A stretch of 64,000 nucleotides of DNA from Phoronis australis (lineage: Eukaryota; Animalia; Phoronida), in NCBI GenBank assembly GCA_002633005.1, contig NMRA01000498.1, positions 259,329 through 323,328 on the forward strand, written 5' to 3'. Positions 60,763-64,000 of this stretch are shown here, in pieces (the first letter of the stretch is position 1; each line of letters begins with the position of its first letter). The position numbers were made by a program, and so were the translations under genes. The notes under the pieces are model-generated. The model did no database searches. It was not told the origin of the DNA and saw only the letters and a list, made by a program, of their open reading frames with translations.

Positions 60763-60774
60763 ATGAATGCAAAG
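60763..60774 (+). CDS. IL17: Putative second IL-17-like gene, first coding exon (MNAK); main exon expected beyond the window end
   Basis: ATG AAT GCA AAG|gtaagt at the position paralogous to MDVK|gtaagt. Confidence 0.6.
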
Positions 60775-63700
60775 GTAAGTACTTCCCTTGGTTTTAAGTA
60801 ATTGGATTTCTACAGCGCTGGGTATTGACATTTGACTTTGAGATAGGAAGGGTATTTGCTCAAGACGTTTCGAGTACTGCACAAATATTCTGTGGTCAAG
60901 ATTGGTTGCTGCCGATTGTCGCTTGCAGGCAACGCCAACATTCTAGAACTTCAAATACATGAGATGAAAACTGAACCTGCTTTGAAAAGCTTTCAAATTC
61001 GCCGCATTCGTTTTAATGGAAGCTTAAACTTGCATGATTATGTTTTGTTAGACGGTTAGAATGTAGACGAGAAATGAAAGAGGGTTGCCATTGCCGCGGG
61101 AAAGTCAAGCTTAACAATTATTCAATTCTATAAAATTTGGCTTTCGGGAAGAACGGAGAGTGTGTTGTTGATCGGCGACTAGCTTGTCCAACGACCAGGC
61201 GGGCCATTTTATGCCCCGAGCATTGTCATCAATTATAAGATTTTTCCAAACTTAGAAACCACGTCTAATCTGAGTTAAACCAATTTAATTACTACAGTAA
61301 GTGGTCTAAGTTAAAGTTATTTTTACACAATGCGGGTCTATTATACCCTTATTGCCAAGAAAATTCATTGAGACATACAGACGATCAGGCCTACGGTGCA
61401 TCCAAATTTCAAATTTGGGTTTTATTACTGAGAAATGTAGATTGTAAAACTCGTGATAGCGTCACATTATATGTCTTACCCATTATCATGCAACTAGTTC
61501 TATGCTATTATGTGTTCCATACCGTTACACGAAATATCAGAATTTACGACACGGTTAGTACTAGGATGAAAGTCAACTAGGCTATAAGTACCTTATGTAC
61601 TCAACGTGACTCGAGTTTGTATTTTCCTTTTTGAAAGATTCTTCAACAGTTTAAGAATAGAAAAGAGTTCCATCAATCTCGGATGTTTGAGAAACAGAAA
61701 GATGTGACATCATGTTTATGAAGCGTATTCACCCGAGTATACAAGCCAACACTATGTACTTAGGAACCTTAAGTCAATAAATTATTAAGTTTTTCATTTT
61801 CTCTAAACACAGCAACAACTGTGTAAAATGTGGCCAGGTCAGGCGTAACAAAAGACAAATTGTGATTTATTCTGTTTGTTTAATTATGCAAGTTTACCAT
61901 TCGGGATCGTTTTCATCTTATTTACCGTGAAAAAAACATTTTTTTTTTAATTTTCGCACACATTTTAAACAATCGCCACTTTGAAACAAAGCTCTCTGAC
62001 GTCTCGTTAAAGAGACTCTCGCTTTCAGGGTCGAAAACGCATTTTTGAGGATTACTATTAAGTGTTATTACATCAAAAGCTTCTGACACAAAGTGCAATA
62101 ACAGTCGATCTATTGAGGCACATTTGCATATGCAGTTAACGCCTTTAAAAGTTTTCTTTTTTCAATAGGCAAAATACACAAGCAAAAATTTAGACATATC
62201 TAGAGCCACTAACAGATGTTTGAAAGATTCTTGATTTTGGTCATGCCACTGAACTTCCGTCATGACAAGTGAGCTTAGCTCATTACATCCCTTACATATT
62301 AGCAAGAAATATGCCCTTCATCTTACACAAGGCTATCATTACAAATCAAATATTATCTATCAAAGCATGATATATTATCACGTGCCTACCTACTTTACTT
62401 CTACTAGTAAACCACGGTTGGAACAGCATGACCGCGTCATGGTTTAAATAAATAATACAATCATTAAATACAATAGAATTGGAGTTTTATTTTATTATTA
62501 ATGCCTGATCACCACCTTTGGTCGTGGCAGCCTTTAACCCTTTTAGTAGATTATTGTTTAATATGATAGATGTCTTGAAGATGTCACCTTTGATCACAAC
62601 TACAAAACAATGAAACAAAACGTGTTTTTTAACGTTATTTCAAATATTACATTTTCGACGTTGGCTACCAGTCATTCGCTGAAACCCATTTTGTTGGCCC
62701 GTTCATTCATCTCTTTAATATTCGTCAGCTACTTCTCCAGAGTTGTTTAATTCCGATAGTAAAGTGTCGGACTGTGAAAGCTGAGATCGTAAACTCGAAC
62801 GCATGCTGTGGCTGAATCATTTTTATCCTAAGTTAGACGGGAGCCAGTTGACATTTTTCGGAAAGAATTGTCCAAATTCTTTGAAGATCTATTACATCAA
62901 AATTGTCATCCAAAAACTAAGCCGGTTGTCTTTAAGAGAGATTGACTGGGAACTACACGGTAACTTTAGCTGAAGAATTCGATCCGAATGAAAATCCCGG
63001 AAGAATATATATAATGACTATCAGCTCAGCTTCAATTGGCAGTCACATAATAAAGTTTAATAACTAAAAAATTATAGTGCATCTATCCTTTTGGAGCAGC
63101 TTTCGCGAACTGGTCTTCCTACGTTCTTGTACGAGACGAATTGAAGCTGTCTGATTTAATTCGAAAATTGCAGGCATCATAACAGCTTTCTACCATCTAA
63201 TCATAACAGTGCGGTATTTTTCGTCAGAAATAAGTACTGATAAGACGAATGTTTTATAACAGCGTATGATTCTTGGTAATAGGTCGTCATCAGTTTCGTA
63301 CGTTTCATATTTTATTTACTTTGCAAATAAATCGCTTTGAGAATTACTGGAAAATGTGTACGTAACAAGGCGGAATTTGTTTACCAAAATTTATTCGTGA
63401 AAACCGTGTCTTGGTTAAGTCGGGATTTTGGAATTGTCTGGTTTTCTAGTCAATTACTATTACCGTATAATGCATTATTCAGCGGCAGAGAATGGTTGTC
63501 GTGACGAGCTAAATTAGCTTAAAAATTAATTATCTACACGTCATGTCCGTATAAATGTTGCAATCAGCCTGTCATTGATATTTTTCAATAAAATCCTTTT
63601 CAAGATTGAAGCGCACCTTGATTGACATAAACTACATTTAAAGGCATTTTGCCTATAAGTAGCCTAAACATAAACGGCAATAAACATGTTTACAAATATA

Positions 63701-64000
63701 TTTTTATTTCTTTAGAAAACTGGAAGTATTTAAAATTACATGTTTTTACTAATACCAACTAAAATTCTTTACGGAGACTAAACCACTGAAATGGTTATTG
63801 AAATAAAACCTATCAGAGCTAGACATCATTAAGAAACGGTTTCCCCGAGCTTTATCCGAAACTTCAAAACGAAAGTGCCCTGAGTTTTAAATTTCTTCAT
63901 TAACGGGAAAGAGTTATCGAGATTAAAGTTTAATCATAACTACAAAACCGCCCTCTTTGAAAAAAACAATCATAGAGCTTACTATAAGCACAATTTGTGA

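Larger units (their letters stand above)
58296..63970 (+). repeat. Segmental duplication copy 2 (paralogous IL-17 upstream, promoter and intron region)
   Basis: Colinear with 39203-44470, with scattered substitutions and indels. Confidence 0.95.

Overview
AT-rich eukaryotic (invertebrate animal) genomic DNA from a gapped draft assembly, with N-runs at 12531-13180 and 31434-31715. No prokaryotic genes, rRNA or CRISPR were seen. Main content: (1) a complete 15-coding-exon FBXL4 orthologue on the minus strand (27877->9293, 559 aa), reconstructed by hand with GT-AG junctions and consistent phases; (2) an interleukin-17-family cytokine gene on the plus strand (TATA ~41491, 4-codon start exon 41799-41810, main exon 47513-48112, ~203 aa); (3) a diverged direct duplication (39203-44470 vs 58296-63970) giving a second IL-17 promoter and start exon, whose main exon should lie beyond the window, i.e. 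a probable tandem IL-17 array; (4) between the two IL-17 copies, a 5'-truncated L1/Tx1 LINE and a degenerate DIRS/Ngaro tyrosine-recombinase retrotransposon with a CRISPR-looking hairpin array 3' of its recombinase; (5) many MITEs, minisatellites, a tRNA-derived SINE head, and a possible terminal exon of an upstream gene at 97-363. All family assignments come from motif recognition by eye, not from database searches.
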